Shown one piece after another: positions 14,712-25,699 of a stretch of 26,070 nt of DNA. The stretch's first letter is position 1; every line of letters starts with the position of its first letter. The notes under the pieces were generated by a model. It searched no databases. It was not told the DNA's origin and was given only the letters and a program-made list of their open reading frames with translations. The DNA is from Thermoanaerobaculia bacterium (GTDB lineage Bacteria; Acidobacteriota; Thermoanaerobaculia; Multivoradales; JAGPDF01): assembly GCA_039929145.1 (NCBI GenBank), contig JBDSRU010000333.1, forward strand, positions 1 through 26,070, written 5' to 3'. The position numbers and the translations under genes are program-made.

Positions 14712-16906
14712 AGAAGCTCCAGCGTGGCGTAGCGGGCGATGAGCTTCTTCTTGCCGGCGCGCTCGAAGAAGATCGTGAACTTGGCGTCTTCGCCCTCGCC
14801 TTCGAGCTCGAGCACCACGCCCTGGCCGAGAGTCGGATGGCGGACGCGGCTGCCCCGCTTGGGGCCGCGCGTTGCGGCTGCCGGCAGCGGCGGCAGGTTC
14901 GGTTGGCGGCCGTAGAACTCGTCGATCGGGCGGGTGCGCTCGGTCTGGTAGATGCGCGGGCTCGCCGAGGCTTCGAGCAGACTCTCGGGCACTTCGGCGA
15001 GAAGCGGCGACTCCCGCTGGTCCTGATAGGCGCCGGCGATCCGGCGGCGCCGGCAACAGGAGAGATGCAGCTTTTCCTTCGCCCGCGTCATGCCGACATA
15101 GAACAGGCGGCGCTCCTCTTCCAGGTCCTCGCTCTTGCCCTGTGAATTCCAGTGCGGCAGCAGGCCGTCTTCGAGGCCGGGCAGGAAGATCACCGGAAAC
15201 TCGAGCCCCTTGGCGCTGTGCAGGGTCATCAGGCTGACGCCGCGTTCGCCGTCCCAGGAGTCGAGATCCGAGACCAGCGCGACATGGTCCAGGAAGGCGG
15301 TCAGGAGGTCGTCGTCCTCGCCGCTGCCGTAGCTCTTGGATTCGGTGAAGTTCTGCGCCGCCGAGAGGAACTCGCGGATGTTCTCGAGCTTGGCCTGCTC
15401 TTCCTCGTTTTCGCGCCGGTACATGTCCGTATAGCCGGTCTTCGCCAGCAGCTCGTCGAGGAGCGCCGGCAAGGGCAGCTCTTCGGCGGCCGCGCGCAGT
15501 TGGTGAATGAGCGCCTTGAAAGCGCGCAGGGCGGTGGCGGCCCGGGCGGGAAAGCTTTCGAGCGGGTCGACCTCGAGCACGTCCCAGAGCGTCGCGCCGA
15601 GTTTCGCCGCGCGCTCGTCGAGCATTGCGGACGTGGTCTTGCCGATACCGCGCGGGGGCACGTTCAGGATCCGTGACAGCGAAAAGCTGTCGCGGGGATT
15701 GCGCAGCAACCGCAGGTAGGCGACCAGATCCTTGATTTCAGCGCGCTCGTAGAAGCGCACCCCGCCGACCATGGTGTAGGGAATCCGGTGGCGGAAGAAC
15801 TCGTCCTCGAACGCCCGCGTCTGGGCATTGGTGCGCACCAGGATCGCCATGTCCGAAAGCGCATGGCGGCCGCGCAGACGGGTGAGCGTCTCGACCACCC
15901 ACGCAGCCTCTTCGAGCTCGTCGCCGGCGCGGTGCAGCGCGACCTTCTCGCCGCGGCCCGCGGCCGTCCAGAGTTTCTTGCCGCGCCGCAGCTGGTTGTT
16001 CGACACGACGGCGTTGGCGGCGTCGAGGATGGTGCCGGTCGAGCGGTAATTGCGCTCCAGCTTGCGCACCGAAGCACCCGGAAAATGGCGTTCGAACTCC
16101 AGGATGTGGGTGACGTCGGCACCGCGCCAGCGATAGATGCCCTGATCCTCGTCGCCCACAGCGGTGAGATTGCCGTTCGCTCCGGCGAGCTCGGAGACCA
16201 GGGTGAGCTGCGCCTGGTTGGTGTCCTGGAACTCGTCGACCAGCAGGTACCGGGTGCGCTGCCGCAGGCGGTCGGCGATGTCCTTGTGCTCGGTGAAGAG
16301 CTTCACCGCGAGGCTCATCATGTCGTCGAAGTCGACCCCGGAAGCCTGAGCCACCAACGACTGGTAGCGGCGGTAGACCCTCGCCACGCGTTGCTCGAAG
16401 AAGTCCTTCGCTTCGCGCTCGTACTGGGCCGGCGACAGCAGCCGGTTTTTGGCGCCGGAGATCGCCGCAAGGAGCGTCCGCGGCGGAAAGCTCGTCTCGG
16501 AGACCCCTTCGGCCGCCATCGCCTGAACCACCAGACGTTTCTGATCGTCGGTGTCGAGAATCGCGAAGTCGCGCGGCAGTCCGACGCGTTCCCCGTAGCG
16601 GCGCAGCAGGGTGAGGGCATAGCGGTGAAAGGTGCCGACGAAGGTGGGGAGGGGAAAGATGTTGAGCAGGCGCTCGACGCGGTCGCGCATCTCACCCGCC
16701 GCCTTGTTGGTGAAGGTGACGGCGACGATCGAAGCCGGATCGACACCACGCTCCTGAACCAGCCAGGCGACGCGATAGGTGATGACCCGGGTCTTGCCCG
16801 ATCCGGCGCCGGCGAGAACGAGCTGCGGGCCGTCTTCGTGGGTGATCGCGGCTAGCTGATCGGGGTTGAGTTCCTTGGCGAAATCGATGTTGGTGGCGGA
16901 AGGCAT
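14708..16906 (-). CDS. uvrD: ATP-dependent DNA helicase UvrD/PcrA (732 aa)
   Basis: LNPDQ, AGAGSGKT (Walker A), VTFTNKAA, VDEFQD, VGDEDQGIYRWRG, LERNYRST, LVRTN, TLHSAKGLEF, EERRLFYVGMTRA and a C-terminal Tudor-like tail. Start reassigned to ATG 16906. Confidence 0.96.
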   Translation of the reverse strand: MPSATNIDFAKELNPDQLAAITHEDGPQLVLAGAGSGKTRVITYRVAWLVQERGVDPASIVAVTFTNKAAGEMRDRVERLLNIFPLPTFVGTFHRYALTLLRRYGERVGLPRDFAILDTDDQKRLVVQAMAAEGVSETSFPPRTLLAAISGAKNRLLSPAQYEREAKDFFEQRVARVYRRYQSLVAQASGVDFDDMMSLAVKLFTEHKDIADRLRQRTRYLLVDEFQDTNQAQLTLVSELAGANGNLTAVGDEDQGIYRWRGADVTHILEFERHFPGASVRKLERNYRSTGTILDAANAVVSNNQLRRGKKLWTAAGRGEKVALHRAGDELEEAAWVVETLTRLRGRHALSDMAILVRTNAQTRAFEDEFFRHRIPYTMVGGVRFYERAEIKDLVAYLRLLRNPRDSFSLSRILNVPPRGIGKTTSAMLDERAAKLGATLWDVLEVDPLESFPARAATALRAFKALIHQLRAAAEELPLPALLDELLAKTGYTDMYRRENEEEQAKLENIREFLSAAQNFTESKSYGSGEDDDLLTAFLDHVALVSDLDSWDGERGVSLMTLHSAKGLEFPVIFLPGLEDGLLPHWNSQGKSEDLEEERRLFYVGMTRAKEKLHLSCCRRRRIAGAYQDQRESPLLAEVPESLLEASASPRIYQTERTRPIDEFYGRQPNLPPLPAAATRGPKRGSRVRHPTLGQGVVLELEGEGEDAKFTIFFERAGKKKLIARYATLELL

Positions 16907-16914
16907 GCGAGCCG

Positions 16915-16923
16915 ACTTTACCA
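16915..16923 (-). promoter_or_regulatory. Extended -10 element (TGn-TAAAGT), 8 nt before the uvrD ATG
   Basis: Minus strand TG-G-TAAAGT; no Shine-Dalgarno. Confidence 0.5.
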
Positions 16924-17038
16924 GTCGCCGACCCGATCCTCGGGCTCGCGGCGAGAGCGGCAGTCGGAGCGCTTTCGCAGTGCAATCCCTGCAGCGTGTT
17001 CCGCCGGAGCCTCGGGACGCCTGTGGCAGACTGGCGGC

Positions 17039-19708
17039 GTGACGCTGGCGCCCGGCACCCGTCTTGGTCCCTACGAGATCGCGGCCAAGGTCGGCGAGGG
17101 CGGGATGGGCGCGGTCTACAAGGCGCTCGACCCGCGCCTGGGCCGCTCCGTCGCCATCAAGGTACTGCCCGAGGGTCTGATCGCGACGGCCGACCAGCGG
17201 GCCCGTTTCGATCGTGAAGCGCGAGCGATCTCGGCCCTGTCGCACCCGCACATCTGCACCCTGTTCGACGTCGGACGCGAGGGCGAGACCGATTTCCTGG
17301 TGATGGAGTACCTCGAGGGCGAAACGCTTGCCGATCGCCTCCTCAAGGGAAGGCTACCGCTCGACCAGGCAGTGCGCAGCGGAATCGAGATCGCAGGGGC
17401 GCTCGCCCAGGCGCACCGCCTCGGGCTCGTTCACCGCGACCTCAAGCCGGCCAACGTCCTGCTGACCGGATCCGGAGTCAAGCTGCTGGACTTCGGTCTG
17501 GCGAAGCGACAGGCAGCGCCACTGCAGATCCTTTCGCGCAGCGCGGTGGCCGCCGAGCTGACCCAGGTCGTCTCGGCCGAGCCGCTGACGGTCGAGGGCA
17601 TGCTCGTCGGCACGCCGCAATACATGTCGCCCGAGCAGATCGAGGCGCGTGAGGCCGATACCCGCGCCGACCTGTGGGCTTTCGGGTGTGTGCTGTACGA
17701 GATGCTCAGCGGCCGGCGGGCCTTCTCGGGCGATAACCCTCCGGCAGTGATCGCGGCGATCCTGCAGAGCGAGCCGGAGCGGCTCGCGGCGCTCGCTCCG
17801 TCGCTGCCGCCGGCGCTCGACCGGCTCGTGCGAAGTTGCCTGGTCAAGAATCGCGAGACGCGCTGGCAAAGCGCCCACGACGCGGCGCTCCTGCTGCAGG
17901 AGATCGCGCGCAGTGGCGCCGAACCGACGCCACCGGCTCCGGCAGGCGTGCGGACGCGCGGCGCCCGCTGGCCCCTTCTCGCTCTCGGCGCTGCCGCGCT
18001 GCTTGCGGGGGCGGGCATTGCGGCGCTGCTCCATCGACCTGCCGCGAGCGCAGCGGCCGAGGTCCGTCTCCATATCGCGCCACCTCAGGGGGAAGAGTTC
18101 TTCAGCAGCTTCGACAGCCTGTCTCTCGCCGTCTCTCTCGACGGGCGGCAGCTGGCCTTTGTCACCGTCGGCGAGCGTGCCGAGTCGCGTATCTGGTTGC
18201 GGCAGATCGACGAGATCGAGGCGCGGCCCCTGCCCGGCACGGAGGGCGCGCGGTCGCTGATCTGGTCCGCCGATGGGCGCTCGCTGGCCTTCTTCGGCGG
18301 CGGCAAGCTCAAACGCCTCGACCTCGGCACCGAGGCCCCGGTGGCCATTTGCGATACTCCGAGCGGCACAGGGTTCGCCGGCACCTGGGGGGCCGAAAAC
18401 CAGATCTTGTTCTCGGGAGTGCAGGGCGACGCGATCTATTCCGTTTCCGCGCTCGGCGGGACTCCGGAAAAGATCGTCGAGCCCGACGCCCAACGCAACG
18501 AAGCGCGCACCAAGTGGCCGTGGTTTCTGGGCGACGGTCGGAGGTTCGTCTACCTGAGTCGCGACACCCAGCTCACGTCCAGTCTGATGCTGGTCGAGCC
18601 GGGAAAGCCGAGACGTGTCGTCGCACCGTTGGAGTCGAGAGTGGCGTTCCTCGCTCCCGACGTGATGGCCTTCGCTCGCGATGGTGTTCTGGTGGGCCAG
18701 AAATTCGATCCCGCGTCGGCGAGACTCCTCGGTGCGCCCTATTCGATCGCTCCTGCAGTCCGTTTTTTCTTCTCTCCCGGGTGGGCCGGATTCGCCGCAT
18801 CGCCAGCCGGGACGGCATTCCTGCTCTCCGAAGATTCCGTCTACCGTCTGCGATGGATGGATCGCACCGGCAAGCCGCTCGGCGAAGTCGGGCCTCCCGG
18901 CGGTTATTCCTCCCTGGATGTTTCGCCCGATGGCCACAGTGTGCTCGTCGAGCGCATGCAGCCCGAGGTCGGCTCCTACGACATCTGGCAGATCGACCTC
19001 GAGCGCGGCGTCGAAACCCGGCTCACTTCGGAGCGCGGGGCCGACATCGCCGGGCGTTGGCTGCCGGACGGCAAGAGCATCGTCTATTCGGCGCAGCGCC
19101 CCCTGGGGCCCAACATGGTGCGTCGAGACCTGGCCTCCGGCCGTGAGCAAGACCTGCTTTCGCGCTCGACTTTCCAGGTAGCGACCAGCATCTCGCGCGA
19201 CGGCCGTCGACTGTTGTTCCGCGAGCGCGGTGACGACGGCAAGCCCCGCGCCTGGGTGCTGAACCTCGAGGGCGAGATGCACCCTCAGCAGCTATTCACG
19301 ACCGCCGGGCAGGAGGATCAGATGCGCTTCGCCCCCGACGGCGATGCCTTCGCCTACCTGTCGGACGAGACCGGCGCCTTCGAGGTCTACGTGTCCTCGC
19401 TCGCGAATCGCAACGAAAAAGTGCGGATCTCAACGGGCGGCGCCTCTCTCGTGCGCTGGAGCCGGAGTGGAGAGGAAATCCTGTACCTCACCGCCGATCG
19501 AAGGATGCTCGCCGTGCCGGTCCGCTTCTCGCCGCGGCTCGAGCTCGGGCTGCCGGTCGAACTTTTCCGGCTGGCAGAGCATGCGGCCTGGCGCGACTTC
19601 GACGTCTCTCCCGACGGCAGCCGCATTCTCGCAATCGTCCGCGAGCGTTCGGGCGGCGCGCAGCCGGCGACCGCCATTCTCAACTGGCGGCCGCAAGAGG
19701 AGCGCTGA
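17039..19708 (+). CDS. Hanks-type Ser/Thr protein kinase with a hydrophobic segment and C-terminal TolB/PD40-like beta-propeller
   Basis: GEGGMGAVY, VAIKVL, HRDLKPANV, DFGLAK and GTPQYMSPEQ motifs; hydrophobic WPLLALGAAALLAGAGIAALL; repeated S/APDG..LAF-type blades. Confidence 0.93.
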   Translation: MTLAPGTRLGPYEIAAKVGEGGMGAVYKALDPRLGRSVAIKVLPEGLIATADQRARFDREARAISALSHPHICTLFDVGREGETDFLVMEYLEGETLADRLLKGRLPLDQAVRSGIEIAGALAQAHRLGLVHRDLKPANVLLTGSGVKLLDFGLAKRQAAPLQILSRSAVAAELTQVVSAEPLTVEGMLVGTPQYMSPEQIEAREADTRADLWAFGCVLYEMLSGRRAFSGDNPPAVIAAILQSEPERLAALAPSLPPALDRLVRSCLVKNRETRWQSAHDAALLLQEIARSGAEPTPPAPAGVRTRGARWPLLALGAAALLAGAGIAALLHRPAASAAAEVRLHIAPPQGEEFFSSFDSLSLAVSLDGRQLAFVTVGERAESRIWLRQIDEIEARPLPGTEGARSLIWSADGRSLAFFGGGKLKRLDLGTEAPVAICDTPSGTGFAGTWGAENQILFSGVQGDAIYSVSALGGTPEKIVEPDAQRNEARTKWPWFLGDGRRFVYLSRDTQLTSSLMLVEPGKPRRVVAPLESRVAFLAPDVMAFARDGVLVGQKFDPASARLLGAPYSIAPAVRFFFSPGWAGFAASPAGTAFLLSEDSVYRLRWMDRTGKPLGEVGPPGGYSSLDVSPDGHSVLVERMQPEVGSYDIWQIDLERGVETRLTSERGADIAGRWLPDGKSIVYSAQRPLGPNMVRRDLASGREQDLLSRSTFQVATSISRDGRRLLFRERGDDGKPRAWVLNLEGEMHPQQLFTTAGQEDQMRFAPDGDAFAYLSDETGAFEVYVSSLANRNEKVRISTGGASLVRWSRSGEEILYLTADRRMLAVPVRFSPRLELGLPVELFRLAEHAAWRDFDVSPDGSRILAIVRERSGGAQPATAILNWRPQEER

Positions 19709-19774
19709 GCCTCGCCCTTCGAACGCGGGCGCGTGCACCGACGAAAGTGAGTGTCAGGGCGAGACGGCGCTGCG

Positions 19775-19780
19775 TACAAT
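19775..19780 (+). promoter_or_regulatory. -10 element TACAAT upstream of the TPR gene
   Basis: 5/6 match to TATAAT, 56 nt before the ATG; weak -35 GTGTCA 18 nt upstream. Confidence 0.5.
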
Positions 19781-19836
19781 GGTCCTCGCAGTCTTCCCGG
19801 GGGTGCCCTTTCACCCCCAGCTTCCGGAGGTCTCCG

Positions 19837-21536
<1,700 letters not shown>

Positions 21537-21543
<7 letters not shown>

Positions 21544-22646
21544 AGCCGGGAGGCGGAGTAGGGTTCGAGGTCGATCGTCGGCCGCTCGCCGAGCAGGCTG
21601 GCGGCGACGAGGTCGGCGCTCGCCGGGGCGAGGAGGATGCCGTGGCGGTAGTGGCCGGTGGAGTAGAAGAGCCCCGGGATCGCGCCCGGCCCCAGAATCG
21701 GCAGGCCGTCTACGGTCGCCGGGCGGAAATTCGACCACGACTCGAGATAGCGCGCGGCGGCGAGCCGCGGTGAAACCTCGACCGCCATGGCGAGGATGGC
21801 GAGCAGGCCCTCGGCGGTGACCGCCTTTTCGAAGCCGGCCTCTTCCATGGTCGAGCCGCAGAGGATGCGACCGTCGGGCCGCGGAACGAGATAGCCCCGG
21901 GGAGAGAAGACGACGCGGGCGAAGCGCGGTGGCGCGGCGGAGAGTGGTTCGAGCACGACCATCTGGCCGCGCACCGGGCGCACGGCGCCCGTCGGCAGGC
22001 CGCTGCCCTCGACGAGTCCGGCCCAGGATCCCGCGGCGAGAAGCACCGCGCCGGCAGAGAGCCGGCCCGAGACGTGATCGACGCCCTCGACCCGGCCGCC
22101 TGCGATGGCGATGCGCTGCACCACGCCGCGAAGGAAGCGGACGCCGGCCGCCTCGGCGGCGGCGGCGAGCGCGCGCAACAGCGGCTTCGGATCGACGCTC
22201 GCTTCGTCGCGGAAGAGATATCCGCCACGTGCCGTGGCTCCGAGCGCCGGTTCCAGGCTGCGCAGCGCGGCGCTGTCGAGCCATTCGGCGGCGACGCCCA
22301 GCCCGACGAGCCGCGGCAGATCGGCCTGCCAGGCGGCCGCTCCCGCGTCGTCGAAGACGACGCGCAACGTGCCCTTCGCGCTCCACGAGAGATCGATGCC
22401 AGTCGCCGCCGTGAGCTCCGCCGCGAAGCCGGGCCAACGCCGCAAGGAGTCCTGGGCGAGCGCGAGCAGCGGCCCGCCGTGCTGCGCCTCGACGCCGGGC
22501 GAAAGGATTCCGGCCGCTGCGCTCGAGGCCTCTGCGCCCGGGACGCTGCGCTCGAGCACGGTGACCCTCGCGCCCGCCTGGGCGAGGCGCAGCGCGGTCG
22601 CACAACCGTGGATGCCGGCGCCGATGACGACGATGTCGGTGCTCAT
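21537..22646 (-). CDS. thiO: Glycine oxidase ThiO / FAD-dependent D-amino-acid oxidase family (369 aa)
   Basis: VVIGAGIHG dinucleotide fold, ASSAAAGIL, PVRGQM, YLVPR, GST.E..GF, FRPAT and GHYRHGILLAP motifs. AGGAG before ATG 22646. Confidence 0.88.
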
Positions 22647-22722
22647 CTGCCCTCTCTCCTGGCGCCGGACGCTGCGGCTGGCGCGCTCGCAGGATGCCAC
22701 AGGCGGGGCCGGCGAAGGCGCG

Positions 22723-22731
22723 TGATACGTT
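22723..22731 (+). promoter_or_regulatory. Extended -10 element (TGn-TACGTT) upstream of the M20 peptidase
   Basis: TG-A-TACGTT, 43 nt before the ATG. Confidence 0.4.
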
Positions 22732-22774
22732 GCCGCCCCGTTCAACCTGCTCTGCCGCTTTTCGGGAGGTGACG

Positions 22775-24103
22775 ATGCGCCGCCGATCGCCCCATCTGTT
22801 GGGCATTCTGTCCGCCCTCGTGTTGTGCCAGGTTTTCGTCCCCGTGACGGCTTCGGCCGCAGCGCTCACTTCTGCCGAGCAGCGTCTGGTGGCGCGCGTC
22901 GAAGCCCAGCGCGAAGAGGCGGTGGCGCTGCTTCGCCGCGCCGTGGATGAGCCGAGCGCGACCGAGAATCTCGCCGGCGTGCGCAAGGTCGGCGCGATCT
23001 TCGCGGCCGAGTTGGCGGCACTGGGATTCGAAGTGCGCTGGGTGGAGTTGCCGGCGGAGGTCGGGCGTTCTGGCCATCTGGTCGCCGAGCTTGCTGGCGC
23101 GGGTGCCAGCCGCGGAGTTGTTGCGGGTTCGCGCCTGCTGCTGCTCGGGCACCTCGACACCGTGCTCGAGGGCGAACCGTTCCGCCGCGATGGCGAGCGC
23201 GCCACAGGCAGCGGAGTCTCCGACATGAAGGGCGGCGACGTGGTGATCGTCGAGGCGCTGCGGGCGCTCTCTGCGGAGGGGCTCCTCGCCGGTCGCCAGG
23301 TAATCGTCGTACTGACCGGGGACGAGGAGGACGTCGGCGAGCCGCAGACGGTGAGCCGCGCGGCGCTCGTCGAAGCGGCCGGACGGAGCGACCTGGTGCT
23401 CGCCTTCGAGGGCTCGGTGCCAGGAGTGGCTGTGGTGGGCCGGCGCGGCTTCGCCTCCTGGCGCCTCGAGACCACGGGTTCGACCGGGCATTCGTCGCGC
23501 ATCTTCGGTCCCGACCGAGGCGACGGAGCGATTTTCGAGATGGTGCGCATCCTCGGCGCTTTCCGTGCCGAGTTGCCCGAGCCCTACCTGACTTTCAATC
23601 CGAGCGTCGTGGTCGGTGGCACCACCGCTGGCCTCGCGGCGGGCACGGCTTCGGGGAGCGCCACCGGCAAGCACAACGTCGTGCCAGCGACGACGATCGT
23701 CGAAGGCGATCTGCGCTTCCTTTCCGCCGAACAGCGCGATCGGGCCGAAGAGCGGATGCGCGCCATCGTCGCCCGTCACGCGCCGCAGGCCGGAGCCTCG
23801 ATCTCCTTTCTGCACGGCATGCCGGCGATGGCGCCCACCGACGGCAATCGAGCCCTGCTGCGGGCTCTCGACGGGGTGAGCCGTGATCTCGGCACCGGCC
23901 CGATCGTGGAGCAGGACCCCAACGAACGCGGTGCGGGCGACATCTCCTTCGTCGCGCACCTTCTTCCCGGCCTCGACGGTCTCGGCACACTGGGTGAGCA
24001 GGAGCACGCGCGCGGCGAGTACGTCGATCTCACCGATCTGTCTCGCATCGTGCAGCGCGCCGCTTTGCTCATTCACCGGCTGGGCGCAGCGCCGCCGCGC
24101 TGA
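22775..24103 (+). CDS. Exported M20/M25/M40 metallopeptidase, glutamate carboxypeptidase (CPG2)-like (442 aa)
   Basis: GGGAGG then ATG 22775; signal peptide; GHLDTV, DMKGG, DEE, AFEG, GHSS, GAGD and EHARGE metal-ligand motifs. Confidence 0.9.
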   Translation: MRRRSPHLLGILSALVLCQVFVPVTASAAALTSAEQRLVARVEAQREEAVALLRRAVDEPSATENLAGVRKVGAIFAAELAALGFEVRWVELPAEVGRSGHLVAELAGAGASRGVVAGSRLLLLGHLDTVLEGEPFRRDGERATGSGVSDMKGGDVVIVEALRALSAEGLLAGRQVIVVLTGDEEDVGEPQTVSRAALVEAAGRSDLVLAFEGSVPGVAVVGRRGFASWRLETTGSTGHSSRIFGPDRGDGAIFEMVRILGAFRAELPEPYLTFNPSVVVGGTTAGLAAGTASGSATGKHNVVPATTIVEGDLRFLSAEQRDRAEERMRAIVARHAPQAGASISFLHGMPAMAPTDGNRALLRALDGVSRDLGTGPIVEQDPNERGAGDISFVAHLLPGLDGLGTLGEQEHARGEYVDLTDLSRIVQRAALLIHRLGAAPPR

Positions 24104-24115
24104 GGCACAGCCCGG

Positions 24116-25699
24116 TCAGCAGATTTTTCCCCAGTCGCGCTGGCGGGCTGCGAGCCAAAGGGCGATCTCGGCCAGTCGCTCGCGCGCCGGTTCCGAAATG
24201 CCGGCCTCGGGATGCAGCGCAAGACGCTCGAGGTCTTCGCGATAGGCGGCAAAGCCCGGATGGCAGAGATCGACACCCGTTCTCGCGGCCAGGAAGCCGA
24301 GCAACCGGTGAGCCGCGGTCCGCGCGGTCTCGCCGCGCGCCGGATCGAGTGTGACGAGACGCGCGCTTTCGAGGAGCATCGGCGCGAGCGCCGGCGGGCC
24401 GCTCCAGGACTCCGCCTCAAGGGTCTGCTGCAACGTCCGGGCGAACGTGTCGTCATCAAGCGCCAGGAGCGCTAGCGTGAAGCGCCCTTCGAGCTCGCGC
24501 CAGACAGCGTCGCCGTTCGCCAGCCGCTTCACCGGCCGGGAGAGATCGACCCGCGCCAGCGTCGGAGCGAAACGCGAGCTCTCGAAGTCGATGCGCCGCT
24601 TGCGATCGAAGGAAGGACCGGGTCCCGCTCGCTCGGCGCCGGGGAGCACCTGAGTCGAGCCGATCTTGGCCAGGAGCACGTTGCGGTCCATCGCGCCCGG
24701 CGAGAGGCGCTCGAGGATTTCCATGTAACGCGGACCCCACAAGGGCAGCAGCACGAGCGGCACCCAGACGAAGTAGTGGCGATGGCGCGGTGCGACGCCT
24801 CGCGAAAGCAGTCGAGTGCCGACCCACCAGAACGGCAGGCCGAACGGCACCGCCAGGATCAGGGCGAAGAGGAGCTCGGCGAAGCCGTTGCCGCCCGAGG
24901 GCGGGAGGTGCGAGAGCGCGTCGGTGACGAAGAGGCGGTGGGGGTCGTCAGGGGGGAACCGCACGGCGAGCGAGGTCGCGTCGCCGTCTGCGCGTGTCCA
25001 GTCGCCGACCAGGAGATCGATCGGTCGATCGAGGTCGGCGAGAACGTTGGCGAGGAAGGTCTCGCCGTTCCAGGGCGTCGCGCTTTCGAGTTGCGTCGAA
25101 TCGCTGTCCGACCAGAGCAGGTCGAAGCCGGGAGTCTCGTCGTTCGCGCTGGCCCAGCGGAAATGCCAGCCGGGCGTGATCGTCGGCGGCGTCGCGAGCA
25201 AGGGTGGCGAGCTGCCCCATTGATGATGATTCTCGAGGCCCTCGCCGTGCGGCAGATAGCGCACCCAGACCCGCTCGCCGGCGGAGGAATGGCCGCTCTG
25301 GCCGCCCGCGGTCTCAGGTTGGAAAGAGAAGAGCACCGACGGCACGACGCGCTGCACCCCATCCGACACTCCGGCGATCAGGCGCAGTTCGACCCGTTCG
25401 ACGCGCGCGGTTGCCGAGGCGGTAGCGGTGGTGCGATACCAGGCAGCGCGCGCCATGGTGTCGATCTGCCGGTGGACGAGGACGAACCACGGGGCGCCGA
25501 GAGCGAAGCAGAGAGTGCCCACCACCCAGCTGCCGCGGCCCACGAGGAGCCGCATCACCAGAACCAGCCCCTGCGCCCAGATCGGGCGAGGCTCCGCGGG
25601 CAGGCGGCGCTCGATCCAATCCTCAAGGCGATCGAGACCGGCCGCCGGATCGGGCGGGCCGTCGTCCTCGTCGCTGCGGTGTCGCGAGCGCGGGGTCAT
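24116..25699 (-). CDS. Hypothetical multi-pass membrane protein (about 527 aa), possibly DUF3592-related
   Basis: Fills the gap between flanking genes with protein-like composition. Hydrophobic segments flank a beta-rich region ending in VRFPPDDPHRLFV, followed by a helical C-terminal domain. Start is ATG 25699 or GTG 25702. Confidence 0.75.
   Translation of the reverse strand: MTPRSRHRSDEDDGPPDPAAGLDRLEDWIERRLPAEPRPIWAQGLVLVMRLLVGRGSWVVGTLCFALGAPWFVLVHRQIDTMARAAWYRTTATASATARVERVELRLIAGVSDGVQRVVPSVLFSFQPETAGGQSGHSSAGERVWVRYLPHGEGLENHHQWGSSPPLLATPPTITPGWHFRWASANDETPGFDLLWSDSDSTQLESATPWNGETFLANVLADLDRPIDLLVGDWTRADGDATSLAVRFPPDDPHRLFVTDALSHLPPSGGNGFAELLFALILAVPFGLPFWWVGTRLLSRGVAPRHRHYFVWVPLVLLPLWGPRYMEILERLSPGAMDRNVLLAKIGSTQVLPGAERAGPGPSFDRKRRIDFESSRFAPTLARVDLSRPVKRLANGDAVWRELEGRFTLALLALDDDTFARTLQQTLEAESWSGPPALAPMLLESARLVTLDPARGETARTAAHRLLGFLAARTGVDLCHPGFAAYREDLERLALHPEAGISEPARERLAEIALWLAARQRDWGKIC

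Noticed and set aside
16907-17251. N-terminal extension of UvrD given in the ORF track
   Set aside because: It would overlap the divergent kinase gene. UvrD homology begins just after ATG 16906, which has its own -10 element.
19711-19763. 8-bp inverted repeat (CTCGCCCT/AGGGCGAG) enclosing GACGAAAGT as a possible ribozyme or riboswitch
   Set aside because: No CUGANGA hammerhead core or c-di-GMP-type motifs, and it lies upstream of the next gene's -10 box. At most a 3' structure of the kinase mRNA with no U-tract.
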